A stretch of DNA of 64,000 bases, from assembly GCA_041666305.1 (NCBI GenBank), contig JBAYHD010000001.1:91574-155573 (forward strand), given 5' to 3'. Positions 56,533-64,000 of this stretch are shown here, in pieces (position 1 is the stretch's first letter; the number at the start of each line of letters is the position of its first letter). The notes beneath the pieces were generated by a model, which did no database searches, was not told the origin of the DNA, and saw only the letters and a list, made by a program, of their open reading frames with translations. Position numbers and translations under genes: made by a program. Source of the DNA: Minisyncoccota bacterium (GTDB lineage: Bacteria; Patescibacteriota; Minisyncoccia; Phycocordibacterales; Phycocordibacteraceae).

Positions 56533-56609
56533 GGTGGTCGTAGCTCAATTGGTAGAGCATCTGCTTGTGGAGCAGAAGGTTGTGGGATCGTGACCCATCG
56601 ACCACCCCA
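56533..56609 (+). tRNA. tRNA-His(GTG), encoded G-1 and CCA
   Basis: G-GTGGTCG/CGACCAC-C-CCA, loop TTGTGGA, T-loop variant ATCGTGA. Confidence 0.92.
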
Positions 56610-56642
56610 GCGATTTAAATTCACGCGTGATATTATTCGCGC

Positions 56643-57287
56643 ATGAAAAGCCTTCTTCTGGGTATTTTAGCCATCATTATCATAGGCATCGGCGGTTTGG
56701 TGTACCGAAATGCCGTTGAGCACCCGCTTCAGCCAATCACATGCCCGCTTGATGCAATGGTCTGTCCGGACGGCACGTCGGTCTCGCGTACTGGTACTTC
56801 TTGCACGTTCCCCGCGTGCCCGGCGCCAAATGTATCGCTCACCGATGTGGGTATCGCGTTTGCGATACCCACCGGTTTCGTTGTTGCGCAGATCCCCGAT
56901 GCCGCAAGTATTGCCGCCTATGAAATGCCGACCGCTTCCACCACCGAGAATAACAGCATTGTCATTCGCCGTTTTCCGATTACCGCATCTTCCACCGCGC
57001 TCGCGACCATACAACAAACGGCCATCAGCGGTACCTCGGGCGCTCCGGTAAGCGTCACCTCGTTCACTTCCAAAGTTCTCGGGAATCATCGCTTTACCGT
57101 TGTATCAATAGAGCGGTTCGAGGGTGTGATAGACACGGCATATTATCTCGCGCGCGGAACCAATGTGCTGCGTTTTGATGCGATAGATAGAGGCACCGAC
57201 TGGACCAATCCGAACCTCGACGTCTCGGCACTTCCGGCACATTCGGCACTGGCGAAATTGCTCACAACCCTGCAAGGAGGGAGTTGA
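56643..57287 (+). CDS. exported protein with C..DA..CPDG...C...C motif
   Basis: N-terminal TM, CPLDAMVCPDG motif common in Parcubacteria surface proteins. Confidence 0.8.
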   Translation: MKSLLLGILAIIIIGIGGLVYRNAVEHPLQPITCPLDAMVCPDGTSVSRTGTSCTFPACPAPNVSLTDVGIAFAIPTGFVVAQIPDAASIAAYEMPTASTTENNSIVIRRFPITASSTALATIQQTAISGTSGAPVSVTSFTSKVLGNHRFTVVSIERFEGVIDTAYYLARGTNVLRFDAIDRGTDWTNPNLDVSALPAHSALAKLLTTLQGGS

Positions 57288-57331
57288 ACAAAAGAGTATA
57301 CTGTTAGTACTACTACATAATCAATTTCACA

Positions 57332-58132
57332 ATGAATAATCCTTTTTCGGAGATTTTTGAGAACGGCGGCGTACGCCTCGCTCTTATCGGCACGCTTTGC
57401 ATTCTCGCGTTATTCCTTCTCGCAGAGACCATAACCATTGCGGCAAACTTCGGGCGGCCGGGCGTACCGGCAACCGACACCGTCACGGTGCAGGGTACCG
57501 GCCAAGCCACACTTCCACCTGACGTCGCGCGCGTTTCTTTCACCGTGCAGAATACGGCGGCAGCAGTGGCTGATGCACAAGCGGCAACGACGAAACAGGC
57601 GAATGCCGCGATAGACTTTGTGAAGAGCCAGGGCATTGCCGACAAAGATATAAAAACGCTCTCGTACAATATTTCCCCACAGTATTCCTATCCGAATCCC
57701 TGCCCGCGAGGAGCCCTTTGTCCGGATTACAGTAGTGCGCCGAAGATAACCGGCTACCAAGTGTCGGAGACGGTACAAGTGACCCTTCATGACCTCACGA
57801 TAGTCGGCGCGATGCTTGGGGGACTTGGCAAGCAGGGTGTACAGAACTTGAACGGCCCGGACTTCGCACTCGATGATCCAACGGCCGGCTATGATGCCGC
57901 GCGCGCGGATGCCATCGCAAAGGCAAAAGCGCAAGCAGAACTCCTTGAGAAACAGCTCGGTGTTCACTTCGGAAAGATAGTGAACTTCTCCGAGTCATCA
58001 GGCGGGTACTCTTATCCAATGATGGCCTACGGTTTGGGCGGCGGTGAATCGAAAGCGTCTGTCGCACCAAGTGTTCCAACAGGTGAAAACACCTATAACG
58101 CTTCCGTCTCCATCACCTACGAAGTTCGGTAG
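57332..58132 (+). CDS. SIMPL / DUF541 domain protein
   Basis: VTVQGTG....PD.A, Y.I.PQY, GY.VS, AR..AI..AK.QA. Confidence 0.9.
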   Translation: MNNPFSEIFENGGVRLALIGTLCILALFLLAETITIAANFGRPGVPATDTVTVQGTGQATLPPDVARVSFTVQNTAAAVADAQAATTKQANAAIDFVKSQGIADKDIKTLSYNISPQYSYPNPCPRGALCPDYSSAPKITGYQVSETVQVTLHDLTIVGAMLGGLGKQGVQNLNGPDFALDDPTAGYDAARADAIAKAKAQAELLEKQLGVHFGKIVNFSESSGGYSYPMMAYGLGGGESKASVAPSVPTGENTYNASVSITYEVR

Positions 58133-58253
58133 AACTCACAAAAAGTCCCACCTGCTTCGTTGTAAACTCCGCTCCGCCCTCACCGTACCTCAAAGTACGG
58201 CTCGGCGCGGTGCTCGTTTACGCCTAGCATCTGAAGCTTTTTGTGGGTTCTAC
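58129..58253. repeat. long imperfect palindrome (MITE/REP-like)
   Basis: GTAGAACTCACAAAAAG...GTAAAC...CCGTAC/GTACGG...GTTTAC...CTTTTTGTGGGTTCTAC. Confidence 0.7.
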
Positions 58254-58262
58254 AACAGTCAC

Positions 58263-58324
58263 TTGACGCATTCCTGCCTCTTGGTATACTGCCATTGTTG
58301 AAAGCCCGCAGGGCTTTTTTATTT
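58263..58324 (+). promoter_or_regulatory. secE-nusG-rplK promoter (TTGACG-N16-TATACT) followed by terminator-like leader hairpin
   Basis: AAAGCCC-GCA-GGGCTTT followed by TTATTT, about 11 nt after the -10 box. Confidence 0.65.
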
Positions 58325-58413
58325 CCCAGCGAGTGAGCAAAAGGGAGATTCTTATCTGTCTTTTGCGAGCGAGCGCCGGAAACAAGTTTACTTATTTGCC
58401 GAATGCCACTTAC

Positions 58414-58599
58414 ATGACCTCACCATTCACCTATCTGAAGCATGTTCGCGAAGAGTTCACCCACATCGTCTGGCCGAGCAACCGGACGGCGCTCGCGCAT
58501 ACGCTCGTCGTCATTTTCATCGCGCTTAGTATCGCGCTTATGGTCGGCCTTCTTGATTATGTGTTCGGCCTCGCGGTGAGTTACTTCGCCGGCGTCTAA
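58414..58599 (+). CDS. secE: preprotein translocase subunit SecE
   Basis: YL..V.EE...I.WP, one TM helix with D; upstream of nusG. Confidence 0.92.
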   Translation: MTSPFTYLKHVREEFTHIVWPSNRTALAHTLVVIFIALSIALMVGLLDYVFGLAVSYFAGV

Positions 58600-58609
58600 T
58601 TTCTTTTCT

Positions 58610-59248
58610 ATGGACGAACAACACATGCACAGCGGAGAAATGGATTTGCCGGAAGAGATCGGCATGGCCGACATTGCGCCTGCGGTACACAAAGAAATTC
58701 GCGACGAAGTAGCCCCTAAACCGGAAGATGCGCGCTGGTACACCATCCACACCTACGCCGGCTATGAGAACGCAGTTGAACGCAACTTGAAACAGCGCAT
58801 CGAATCACTCGGCATGGAAGGGAAGATCTTCGATGTCATCGTGCCGACCGAGAAGAAGATACGCGTGAAGGGCGGCAAGCGCATTGTGGAGGAAGAGAAG
58901 ATCTATCCGGGATACATTCTCGTGCGCATGATCGTGGACGATGATTCGTGGTTCGTTGTGCGCAATACGCCGCGTGTGACCGGGTTTGTGGGCGCCGGCA
59001 ACACGCCGGTCCCGATGGAGGAGTCCGAAGTCTCGTCCTTGATGAAGCGTATGACGGCGGAAGCGCCGAAGCATCGCATCGACCTCGTGAAGGACGACCC
59101 TATCGTCATCGCCGACGGTCCGTTCAAGGACCTTGAAGGCAAGGTGGGCGAGATAGATGAGGACCGCGGAAAGGTGAAGGTCATGGTCTCGATGTTCGGC
59201 CGCGAAACGCCGGTCGAGCTCGATTTCTTGCAGATACGTAAACTCTAG
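58610..59248 (+). CDS. nusG: transcription elongation factor NusG
   Basis: WY.IHTY.GYE, YPGY.LV, VRNTP.VTGFVG, MFGRETPVEL. Confidence 0.97.
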   Translation: MDEQHMHSGEMDLPEEIGMADIAPAVHKEIRDEVAPKPEDARWYTIHTYAGYENAVERNLKQRIESLGMEGKIFDVIVPTEKKIRVKGGKRIVEEEKIYPGYILVRMIVDDDSWFVVRNTPRVTGFVGAGNTPVPMEESEVSSLMKRMTAEAPKHRIDLVKDDPIVIADGPFKDLEGKVGEIDEDRGKVKVMVSMFGRETPVELDFLQIRKL

Positions 59249-59266
59249 CGTAAAGTCACATTCATT

Positions 59267-59686
59267 ATGGCAACCGTAGTAAAAAAGATAAAACTCCAGA
59301 TCCCGGGCGGGAAAGCTACGCCTGCGCCTCCAGTTGGCACTGCGCTCGGTCCCGCCGGCGTGAACATCGGTCAGTTCGTGACCCAATTCAATGCGGCAAC
59401 GCAGGATAAGCAGGGGACTATCATTCCTATCGAGCTTTCGGTCTACGACGACCGTTCGTTCACCTTCATCATGAAGAATCCGCCGGCATCGCGCCTTATT
59501 CTCAAGGCCGCTGGTCTTGAAAAGGGTTCGGGCAAGGCGAAGGAGACAAAGGTCGGCACCATCACGAAGCAACAGATCGCAGACATCGTCGCGGAAAAAA
59601 TGCCGGATATGAACGCAAGTTCAGCTGAAGCGGCAGGCCGTACTATTGCAGGCACCGCGCGCTCGATGGGCATCGACGTGAAGTAG
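59267..59686 (+). CDS. rplK: 50S ribosomal protein L11
   Basis: [26 protein letters not shown]. Confidence 0.97.
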   Translation: MATVVKKIKLQIPGGKATPAPPVGTALGPAGVNIGQFVTQFNAATQDKQGTIIPIELSVYDDRSFTFIMKNPPASRLILKAAGLEKGSGKAKETKVGTITKQQIADIVAEKMPDMNASSAEAAGRTIAGTARSMGIDVK

Positions 59687-59697
59687 TTTTTTACAAT

Positions 59698-59740
59698 GCA
59701 AACCGACGCGATGGCTCTGCCATCGCGTCGGTTTGCTTTT
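59698..59740 (+). terminator. strong terminator directly after rplK
   Basis: GCAAACCGACGCGATGGC-TCT-GCCATCGCGTCGGTTTGC followed by TTTT. Confidence 0.88.
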
Positions 59741-59811
59741 GGGCTTCTTCGCGCGTACAGTGCGCTCGGAAAGGTATTTGTCTACAACCGCAACTTCTTC
59801 TGGAGGACGTC

Positions 59812-60726
59812 ATGAAAGAGATAGTGTTGGGCAAGTGGGATAACAACCCGAATGAAGCTGAATACCTGAATGCACTGCGCGACACTTTCATGTGCGGCGA
59901 CGTAAGGAAAACTCGAAATGGCTATACACGAGCGATATACGCTCGGCAGGTGCGTTTCAAGATGGCGAGGAGTTTCCCAGCGCCTTCCACGAAACAACTT
60001 GCTTTTAATTCGATGTTGGCAGAACTTGTATGGTTCATCGACGCAGGCAAAGATTCACCCGTTCCGTATCGACTATCCATAGGCCGGCTCAATCGGTTGA
60101 TGGGGCTTGCTGAGGATGCATATAACCCTCTGTGGTCTCACGACCAACAAAGATTCGCCGCCGCCGGCAAGGCTCAGTTTCCAGGCGATTGCGGTGTGAT
60201 CTACGGTTCACAGTGGCGCAATTACAACGGAGAAGGTAAGGACCAACTGGCAGAAGTGATAGCGGCGCTCAAGAAAGATCCGTTCAGCCGCTACCACGTC
60301 ATTACTTCGTGGAATCCGCTAAAGATAGGTGATATGTGCTTACCGCCATGCCATATGAAGATGCAGTTCTTCGTTCGGCACTCACGCCGGAGGGACGGGA
60401 AACTGTACCTCTGCATCGCGATGGACCAACGGTCGTGTGATATGTTCCTCGGCGTGCCGTTCAATATCGCGTCGTATGCCTTGCTTCTGCATATGGTCGC
60501 GCAGTGCGTCGATATGATTCCAGATGAGCTCATCATTACGCTGAACGATTGTCACATTTACAGCGCACACCTAAAGCCGGTGCAGACACAAATTGCACGA
60601 GATACGTACACGGCTCCAGAACTGTGGCTTAATTCGGCGATAACGCGCATTGAGGACTTCGGAATGAATGATGCCTTGCTGATGAAGTATAAGCACCAGG
60701 GACGCATCAAAGCAAAATTGCTGTGA
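59812..60726 (+). CDS. thyA: thymidylate synthase, divergent copy (SD-led cassette)
   Basis: [36 protein letters not shown]. Confidence 0.9.
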   Translation: MKEIVLGKWDNNPNEAEYLNALRDTFMCGDVRKTRNGYTRAIYARQVRFKMARSFPAPSTKQLAFNSMLAELVWFIDAGKDSPVPYRLSIGRLNRLMGLAEDAYNPLWSHDQQRFAAAGKAQFPGDCGVIYGSQWRNYNGEGKDQLAEVIAALKKDPFSRYHVITSWNPLKIGDMCLPPCHMKMQFFVRHSRRRDGKLYLCIAMDQRSCDMFLGVPFNIASYALLLHMVAQCVDMIPDELIITLNDCHIYSAHLKPVQTQIARDTYTAPELWLNSAITRIEDFGMNDALLMKYKHQGRIKAKLL

Positions 60727-60749
60727 ATTCATCAGCAAGCAACACACTC

Positions 60750-60779
60750 GCGACGGTTTTGGCCGTCGCTTTCTTTTTA
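60750..60779 (+). terminator. terminator after divergent thyA
   Basis: GCGACGG-TTTTGG-CCGTCGC followed by TTTCTTTTT. Confidence 0.8.
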
Positions 60780-61304
60780 TTTACGCTTGAGAATTTGGAG
60801 GCGGTGTAGCGGTTCGCCTGCGCCAGATCCATCTGAAACGATTTTGAAATTCTGTTCGTATGACGGGAAAAATGTATCGGCGCCAGCTTCGTCGTCGACG
60901 AGTGTGAGATACAAACGATTCGCATAGGGAAGCGCAGCGGCGTAGAGCTCACCGCCGCCGATAACGAACGTTTCGTTCGAGCCCGGAGCTCCTTCCGCAG
61001 ACAGGAAGGCGTCTGATAGTCCGTCAACGACCGTCGCACCCGACGCTTCATATCCAACTTGCCGCGTCACAACGATGTTCGTGCGTCCCGGAAGTGGTCG
61101 GAACTTCTCTGGCAGGGACTCCCACGTTTTCCGGCCCATGATGACCGGATGCCCCGCGGTGAGTTCTTTGAATCGCCGCATATCGTCCGGCAGATGCCAC
61201 AAAAGCTTCCCCTCGAAGCCAAGTTCTCTTTTCTTTCCGATAGCGGCAATGAGCGAAATGCGCCCCGAACTATATTCCGTGTCAATATCTGTACCTTTTG
61301 GCAT
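60777..61304 (-). CDS. folA: dihydrofolate reductase
   Basis: LWHLPDDM..F, IMGRKTWESL, RPLPGR.N, VIGGG..Y, ADTFFP. Confidence 0.96.
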   Translation of the reverse strand: MPKGTDIDTEYSSGRISLIAAIGKKRELGFEGKLLWHLPDDMRRFKELTAGHPVIMGRKTWESLPEKFRPLPGRTNIVVTRQVGYEASGATVVDGLSDAFLSAEGAPGSNETFVIGGGELYAAALPYANRLYLTLVDDEAGADTFFPSYEQNFKIVSDGSGAGEPLHRLQILKRK

Positions 61305-61322
61305 TTCCCGTATACTAGCAGG

Positions 61323-61886
61323 ATGTCAGTTATCGGCATCCACGAAGTCGTTCGAAGAATAAAAGAGGACGATCTCATTACCGGTCTCGCCGGCCGCGAT
61401 CTTTCAAATCCGGAAGGTACCGGTATCGATCTCCGGCTCGGCGCCGTACACGAGATCAGCGAGGGCGGTGCGTACATTGAAGCCGACGGTCCCGCCGGTC
61501 TTGGAAAAAGAAATGGAGTAAAGACAAAAGAACTCTATCGCCTCAAAGAAGGCGAGGTGCAGGACGAACTCATCATTAAACCCGGCGAATACTATCTTGT
61601 GCAGACGGCTGAAACGGTGCACACGCCGCTTGATCTTATGCCGATGGTGTATCCGAGAAGCTCTCTCTTCCGTGCAGGGCTTCTCCTGCTCGCGACAAAG
61701 ACCGATCCCGGGTACGAAGGCCAGCTCACGTTCGGTCTTACAAATTTGAGTTCCTTTCCCGTGAAGCTCCAGCTTGGCGCACGCATCTGCAACATCGTAT
61801 TTCACAAGATAGAAGGTGATGTCATCGGGTACCGCGGACAGCATCAGGGCGGTCGCGTCTCGCATGGTGAGGAAACGCAAGTATAA
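61323..61886 (+). CDS. trimeric dUTPase/dCTP deaminase family protein (probable dUTPase)
   Basis: IDLRL, RSSLFR.G, DPGYEG, Y.GQ.Q; TFG replaces the TLE motif. Confidence 0.8.
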   Translation: MSVIGIHEVVRRIKEDDLITGLAGRDLSNPEGTGIDLRLGAVHEISEGGAYIEADGPAGLGKRNGVKTKELYRLKEGEVQDELIIKPGEYYLVQTAETVHTPLDLMPMVYPRSSLFRAGLLLLATKTDPGYEGQLTFGLTNLSSFPVKLQLGARICNIVFHKIEGDVIGYRGQHQGGRVSHGEETQV

Positions 61887-61888
61887 CT

Positions 61889-62485
61889 ATGTTCCTCTCC
61901 GACGTAGACATTAAAAAGGGAATAAAGGATGGAAGCATCGTTGTTCGTCCTTTTGATCTGAAAAAACTGCAGCCGGTGAGTTACGATGTTACGCTTGGAA
62001 ATGAATTTGAAGTGAACAATCGTCACGCGACGACTGCCATCGATCCGGTGAAAAAAATCTATCCGGAAACCCGCACAGTAAAAGTGAAAGATGGCGAAGC
62101 ATTTATTCTACACCCCGGTGAAAGCGTTCTCGGGAAACAACGCGAATTCATTGGCGTTGACCGAAATCATCTCATTATCCTTTCGGGGAAATCATCGCTG
62201 GCGCGCATCGGGCTTGTGGTGCACAACACCGCCATGCTGTTCAACCCATGCCACTATTTCTATCCGACATTCGAGCTCGTCAATACGAACAACGTTCCGA
62301 TAGTACTTCGACCCGGTATGACGATTGCACAGTTGCTGTTCGCACGGCTCACGAGCCCGGCGGGACGGACGTATAAACAAACGGGGCGGTACGGCGCGAA
62401 GAATTCAAATCATTTCGCCGAAGAAAGAGAGGTCATCGTGAAAAAGAAAACAGTGAAGAAGCGTGCGACGAAGAAAAAGAAATAA
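61889..62485 (+). CDS. dcd: dCTP deaminase
   Basis: LSD.DI, QP.SYD.TL, GKSSLAR.GL, TFE, IAQL.F, GRY. Confidence 0.88.
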   Translation: MFLSDVDIKKGIKDGSIVVRPFDLKKLQPVSYDVTLGNEFEVNNRHATTAIDPVKKIYPETRTVKVKDGEAFILHPGESVLGKQREFIGVDRNHLIILSGKSSLARIGLVVHNTAMLFNPCHYFYPTFELVNTNNVPIVLRPGMTIAQLLFARLTSPAGRTYKQTGRYGAKNSNHFAEEREVIVKKKTVKKRATKKKK

Positions 62486-62495
62486 TCATTTTTGT

Positions 62496-63530
62496 ATGAA
62501 AAAACGCCACCCTGAATATCAGTACCTGGATCTGTTGAAAGACATCATGAAAAACGGGAGTGATAAGGAAGTGTTTTTTACTCCGGAAGTTCGGGCGCAG
62601 TACGCCGTCAAAGGGCAGAAACCGCCTTTTATCCGCAGCGTATTCGGACGACAGATACGTTTTGACCTGAAGGACGGGTTTCCGCTCATCACCACGAAGA
62701 AGACCTTTTTGCGGGGCATTATCGTCGAACTCCTTTGGTTCCTTCGCGGCGATTCAAATATAAAATATCTCGTTGATAATAATGTGCACATCTGGGATGA
62801 GTGGGCGTGGAAGAAATACAACAAACACTGTTTGAAAAATAAGATCCCCACCATGAGCCAGGAGGATTTCATCGCAAAGCTGAAGAAAGAACCTGCGAAG
62901 AGCGCTTTCGTAAAAAAATGGGGGGACATCATCACCGTGTATGGCAGAATGTGGCGCCGTTGGCCTGCGAGCAACGGAAGAGAGATCGATCAACTGGCCT
63001 GGGTCATTGAAGGCTTGAAAGAAGCGCCGTTCCGGAAATCATATGTCGTTTCGGCATGGAATCCGGACTTCATTTACGAAATGGCGTCCGAGAAAAATAA
63101 AAATGAAGTGCCGCCGTTCTGCCACACAACATTCCAGTTTGCCGTAACAGAAGGGAACAAACTTAATCTCGGCATGTATCAGCGAAGCGGGGACGTCTTC
63201 CTTGGCGTACCGTTCAATATCGCCAGCTACGCGCTCTTGCTGCAGATGGTCGCGCAAGTGACCGGGTTGCGAGCAGGGGAGTTCGTACATTCATTTGGCG
63301 ACGTACACGCGTATTCGAATCATTTCGATCAAGTGAAAGAACAGATGGGACGGAAACCATTCCCGTTCCCGAAGATGAAGCTCAACAAGAAAAGAAAGAA
63401 AATTGATGACTTCGTGTTCGAAGACTTCACCCTCGAAGGGTATGAATCGTATCCGCCGCTCAAGGCGGAGATAGCGAATATTGGAGGATTTACCGAAAAG
63501 AAAGGCCGTAAGGTTGTAAAGAAAAAATAA
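62496..63530 (+). CDS. thyA: thymidylate synthase
   Basis: [52 protein letters not shown]. Confidence 0.95.
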   Translation: MKKRHPEYQYLDLLKDIMKNGSDKEVFFTPEVRAQYAVKGQKPPFIRSVFGRQIRFDLKDGFPLITTKKTFLRGIIVELLWFLRGDSNIKYLVDNNVHIWDEWAWKKYNKHCLKNKIPTMSQEDFIAKLKKEPAKSAFVKKWGDIITVYGRMWRRWPASNGREIDQLAWVIEGLKEAPFRKSYVVSAWNPDFIYEMASEKNKNEVPPFCHTTFQFAVTEGNKLNLGMYQRSGDVFLGVPFNIASYALLLQMVAQVTGLRAGEFVHSFGDVHAYSNHFDQVKEQMGRKPFPFPKMKLNKKRKKIDDFVFEDFTLEGYESYPPLKAEIANIGGFTEKKGRKVVKKK

Positions 63531-63531
63531 C

Positions 63532-64000
63532 ATGTACCCATTCATTAAAAAACAGGACCCCAAGATCGAAGCGATACTGCGCGGGGAAGAGAAGCGACAG
63601 GCAGAGGGGTTGGAACTGATACCGAGTGAGAACTATGTCTCGCGCGCGGTGAAAGAAGCGATGGCGTCATCACTTACGAATAAGTATTCGGAAGGGTATC
63701 CAGGCAAGCGCTATTACGGCGGACAGGAATTTACCGATCAAGTGGAGACGCTCGCCATCGAGCGCGCAAAGAAGCTGTTTAAGGCGAAGTATACGAATGT
63801 GCAGCCTTTGGGCGGCGCGAACGCGAACATCGCGATGTATTTCGCCTTGCTCCAGCCGGGCGATACCGTGCTCGGCATGGACCTCTCGCACGGCGGGCAC
63901 CTCACGCACGGCCATCCGGTGACCTACCTCACCAAGATATTCAATTTCATACGGTACAAGATGAAGGACGTGGAGACCGGCGAAATTGATTACGAAGAAA
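63532..64000 (+). CDS. glyA: serine hydroxymethyltransferase (partial, runs off window)
   Basis: [42 protein letters not shown]. Confidence 0.96.
   Translation, partial: MYPFIKKQDPKIEAILRGEEKRQAEGLELIPSENYVSRAVKEAMASSLTNKYSEGYPGKRYYGGQEFTDQVETLAIERAKKLFKAKYTNVQPLGGANANIAMYFALLQPGDTVLGMDLSHGGHLTHGHPVTYLTKIFNFIRYKMKDVETGEIDYEE

Noticed and set aside
59812-60726. Divergent ThyA as a DNA base-modifying dCMP hydroxymethylase
   Set aside because: Retains the dUMP-specifying Asn (PFNIASY) and no modification partner genes are nearby

Overview
Chromosomal segment of a Patescibacteria (CPR) bacterium, most likely Parcubacteria of the L1-lacking group (inferred from gene content; genetic code 11). 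It spans the replication origin (yidC-rnpA-rpmH / dnaA-oriC-dnaN). It carries housekeeping genes (clpP, ppa, nusA, tpiA, pgk, recJ, rnhA, polA, ruvABC, murE, uppS, secE-nusG-rplK, r-proteins), three type IV pilus loci plus ComEC, a PrgI/VirB4/pilin T4SS-like locus, a thymidylate cluster (2x thyA, folA, 2x dcd-like, glyA) and nine tRNAs. Most notable: (1) three LAGLIDADG-type genes, each abutting a co-oriented tRNA, one flanked by tRNA-Leu remnants; (2) two expression grammars, with leaderless core genes (-10 box about 6 nt before ATG) versus small orphan cassettes carrying GGAGG and their own terminator; (3) a promoter-driven ~315-nt ncRNA of two long rods, the second 6S-like; (4) several families of short palindromic repeats, some translated in frame inside proteins; (5) twin attenuator-like leaders before nusA and secE-nusG. 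All calls are by eye from the sequence and ORF track; no searches were run.
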